A stretch of 63,593 bases of DNA, the filler included, from Octopus bimaculoides (Eukaryota): NCBI RefSeq assembly GCF_001194135.2. It is 5 parts of 5 records of this genome, joined end to end, with 100 filler letters (N's around TTAATTAATTAA, not from the genome) between each part and the next. Parts side by side here need not be neighbours in the genome. Positions count along the whole stretch, not along the records: positions 60,284 to 62,311 come from NW_026343982.1; positions 62,412 to 63,593 come from NW_026363094.1; 3 more parts are not named here. The stretch is one strand, 5' to 3'. The position numbers and the translations under genes are program-made. Of this stretch, positions 60,766 to 63,593 are shown in pieces. How positions within the stretch are numbered: position 1 is the first letter of the stretch; every line of letters starts with the position of its first letter. Under the pieces are notes generated by a model. The model was not told where the DNA came from and made no database searches. It worked only from the letters and a program-made list of their open reading frames with translations.

Positions 60766-62411
60766 TTTACTAAAATTACATAAAAAGATGTTGAAATACT
60801 AAAGAGTAAATTTATTCAATAAAATCGCCATTTGCTTCAATCACGGTTTCTAGGCGATTTCGGAATCTTCTGCAAATCTTCTGGACGGTCACCTTGTTCA
60901 AGTTGGTGAATGCTGCCATAATCTTTGCCTTCAGTTAATCTTTGGTGTTGCAAGAAATTTTGTTGGGCTCTCGATCAGCTGCGCCCCGCACACAATAATC
61001 AAGAAGGTTGCAGGATTTGGTGGACAGAAACTGAAAGACGCCTGTCAAGTACACACACACACACACACACACACANNNNNNNNNNNNNNNNNNNNNNNNN
61101 NNNNNNNNNNNNNNNNNNNNNNNNNNNNNNNNNNNNNNNNNNNNNNNNNNNNNNNNNNNNNNNNNNNNNNNNNNNNNNNNNNNNNNNNNNNNNNNNNNNN
61201 NNNNNNNNNNNNNNNNNNNNNNNNNNNNNNNNNNNNNNNNNNNNNNNNNNNNNNNNNNNNNNNNNNNNNNNNNNNNNNNNNNNNNNNNNNNNNNNNNNNN
61301 NNNNNNNNNNNNNNNNNNNNNNNNNNNNNNNNNNNNNNNNNNNNNNNNNNNNNNNNNNNNNNNNNNNNNNNNNNNNNNNNNNNNNNNNNNNNNNNNNNNN
61401 NNNNNNNNNNNNNNNNNNNNNNNNNNNNNNNNNNNNNNNNNNNNNNNNNNNNNNNNNNNNNNNNNNNNNNNNNNNNNNNNNNNNNNNNNNNNNNNNNNNN
61501 NNNNNNNNNNNNNNNNNNNNNNNNNNNNNNNNNNNNNNNNNNNNNNNNNNNNNNNNNNNNNNNNNNNNNNNNNNNNNNNNNNNNNNNNNNNNNNNNNNNN
61601 NNNNNNNNNNNNNNNNNNNNNNNNNNNNNNNNNNNNNNNNNNNNNATATATATATATATAGGAGAGTATTGTAGTTCGCTTGAAGCATTGTGCATTGTTT
61701 TTAAAATATGTCTTGAATGACAAAAAAAATGCTCTATTATAATAACAATGGACTATAATAACTGTTATAATTTAATCATCCATAGTCTGATATAATATTT
61801 CGGAATACAAAAATTCCTTCTTCAGATATCCCTAGGAATTGATCAAATTACTGCTATAATCAGTTTTCTAATGGTTTTTTTTCCTGGAAGCGTCTCTGCA
61901 GTGGTCTCACGAAGCTCCTTCTGAAATTAGTCATGAGAAGTGCGTGAGGGCGGCCATGTGTCAAGCTCGTGTTTGCTGGCACCTCCGTAGCGCCGCTTCT
62001 AAGTTATGTATTATACGTGCAGTTTCCTTTATCTTTCTTTCCTTCTTTTTTATAAATAATACATTTGTATGTTATCAAAAATGACCTTACACGCTTCCAG
62101 ATGTAGCTAAATAATATAGTGACTGCCAACCTCCAGCCTGTTGTTAATTTGGGGCCCCTAGTCTGTCTATGAGGATAGCTTCCTTAATTCTTAGTTTACT
62201 CAAATTTCTTTCATTGGCTTCACTTGCGACTATTATGCTTTTGTCGGTGTTCCAGCATCTGTCTAGATATTTTCTGAAGGAGGAGGCTCTCGTGTTCAGA
62301 TGTTCTTTGATNNNNNNNNNNNNNNNNNNNNNNNNNNNNNNNNNNNNNNNNNNNNTTAATTAATTAANNNNNNNNNNNNNNNNNNNNNNNNNNNNNNNNN
62401 NNNNNNNNNNN

Positions 62412-62720
62412 GCTGGAAGAATGAGTTCATAATGGACAGCCCACTTCCAACACAGAAATCTACAGGGTCGCCATTCCTCCCAATCACTCCTTTCCATGTC
62501 CAGTGATGAGTACCAACATGTGCACTGAAGTTTCCTTGTAGGACAAATGACTTGGTCTTAACTAGATCAAAGCTACAGTGATTTCATCAAGGAAGGATTT
62601 GTATTTGGCCTTGCTGTTAGGCACGTATACTTGCAACAGCCATACAGCATTTTAACACCCATTCGTCTATATTAACAGGTCTACTGTACAACAGATTGCT
62701 ACTTACTTCATTCTTATATC
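62412..62720 (-). mobile_element. RTE-type LINE AP-endonuclease remnant
   Basis: LLQVYVPNSKAKYKSFLDE / VLQGNFSAHVG..WKGVIGRNG / DFCVGSGLSIMNSFFQ correspond to APE motifs YAPN, GDFNAHVG and MNTFF. Confidence 0.75.
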
Positions 62721-63461
62721 ACCTTTACTGGGAGATACACCATATTGCTATCTAACCTCACTACTTCCTCCACATCTTCGCCCAAGGACACCTACATGGC
62801 ACTTTTACATTCAGCATTCAATTTCTGCCCACACTAGCCAATGTCATTCTTATCTAGCCTCTCTAATTTCACTTGTGTTCAGCTTTGAATGAATCATACT
62901 GATCTATATTCTATCTAGCCTTTACAATGTTTTTATCTTATTACCTTGCATTATCATTCTCTTTTACATATGTTTCATGCAGCCATATTACATATAAAGA
63001 AAGAAACCATTTGTTACCAACAGGAGTAACAACTCCCAAAACCACCTTTCTTACCCTTGCGGTAACTCTAGCTACTTTGGACAGAACTAATTAAATCACA
63101 AATGAAGTAGAAACTATCAACTAAATCTAATTTGGGTGTTATCAGATGGCCACTTTTACAACTAATTACTCCTGTGAATCTATGATATCTGCAGTCCTGG
63201 TTTTCAGATAGTCTGTCAATCTTTTGCCTTCACTGAAAACATTGTATTAAGCTTCGATCTAATCATTTCTTAGATATTATGTTTATTGCAGGTATTTCCA
63301 ATAGAGCTATGCTTTGCCTAGATAGCTAAACTATTCTGCCCAAAGAAAAACAAAGCTGATTTACACCTAAGATACCTTATCCACTAGACCATTTCTACCA
63401 ACAACAAACATAAATAGCTAAGAGCCTCCTACTATATAAGGTGGTGTAAAGGGTCACTTAC

Positions 63462-63558
63462 CTTCCAAATCAACAACAGGAGAACACTCCATCTGTGCAT
63501 CTACCTGGCTGTCTCCCTCAGCAAAGCCTTCATCATCACCACTGACTCCTAACTCCAT
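63462..63558 (-). CDS. Candidate first coding exon of an unassigned transcript (MELGVSGDDEGFAEGDSQVDAQMECSPVVDLE, phase 1)
   Basis: ATG in good context (ATAATGG), in-frame stop just upstream, 97 nt open and GC-richer than the flanks, consensus donor AAG|GTAAGT; no homology recognised. Confidence 0.4.
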
Positions 63559-63593
63559 TATTCAAGCATTAAAAGATGGAGAAATAGAGCTGC

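Overview
AT-rich animal genomic DNA with many N gaps and microsatellites. The SINE/LINE repertoire and the TTAATTAATTAA gap pads suggest an octopus (coleoid cephalopod) draft assembly; this is an inference. One protein-coding gene could be fully reconstructed by hand: a 4-coding-exon DGAT2/MOGAT-family acyltransferase on the minus strand (CDS 45214-44728, 40840-40666, 39150-38951, 34799-34645; 1017 nt, 338 aa; all GT-AG, phases consistent, YFP/HPHG/GGxxE/RxGF motifs intact). Most other recognisable sequence is decayed mobile DNA: Penelope-like elements (three GIY-YIG remnants and three hammerhead-ribozyme-like motifs), R4/Dong-like, RTE and CR1/L2-like LINEs, several mariner/Tc1/pogo remnants, a Merlin (IS1595-domain) element, hAT and other MITEs, an LTR with a tRNA-Trp PBS, and many tRNA-derived SINEs. 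The most unusual items are the hammerhead-like motifs (one with an atypical core but intact stems), an 800-bp palindromic MITE carrying back-to-back telomeric repeats in the last MOGAT intron, a MITE whose inverted repeats include mirrored microsatellites, a 62-bp two-hairpin tandem array in an RTE 3' UTR, and an unassigned acidic coding exon at the window end. No CRISPR, rRNA or true tRNA genes were seen, and no new multi-gene system can be supported from this sequence alone.
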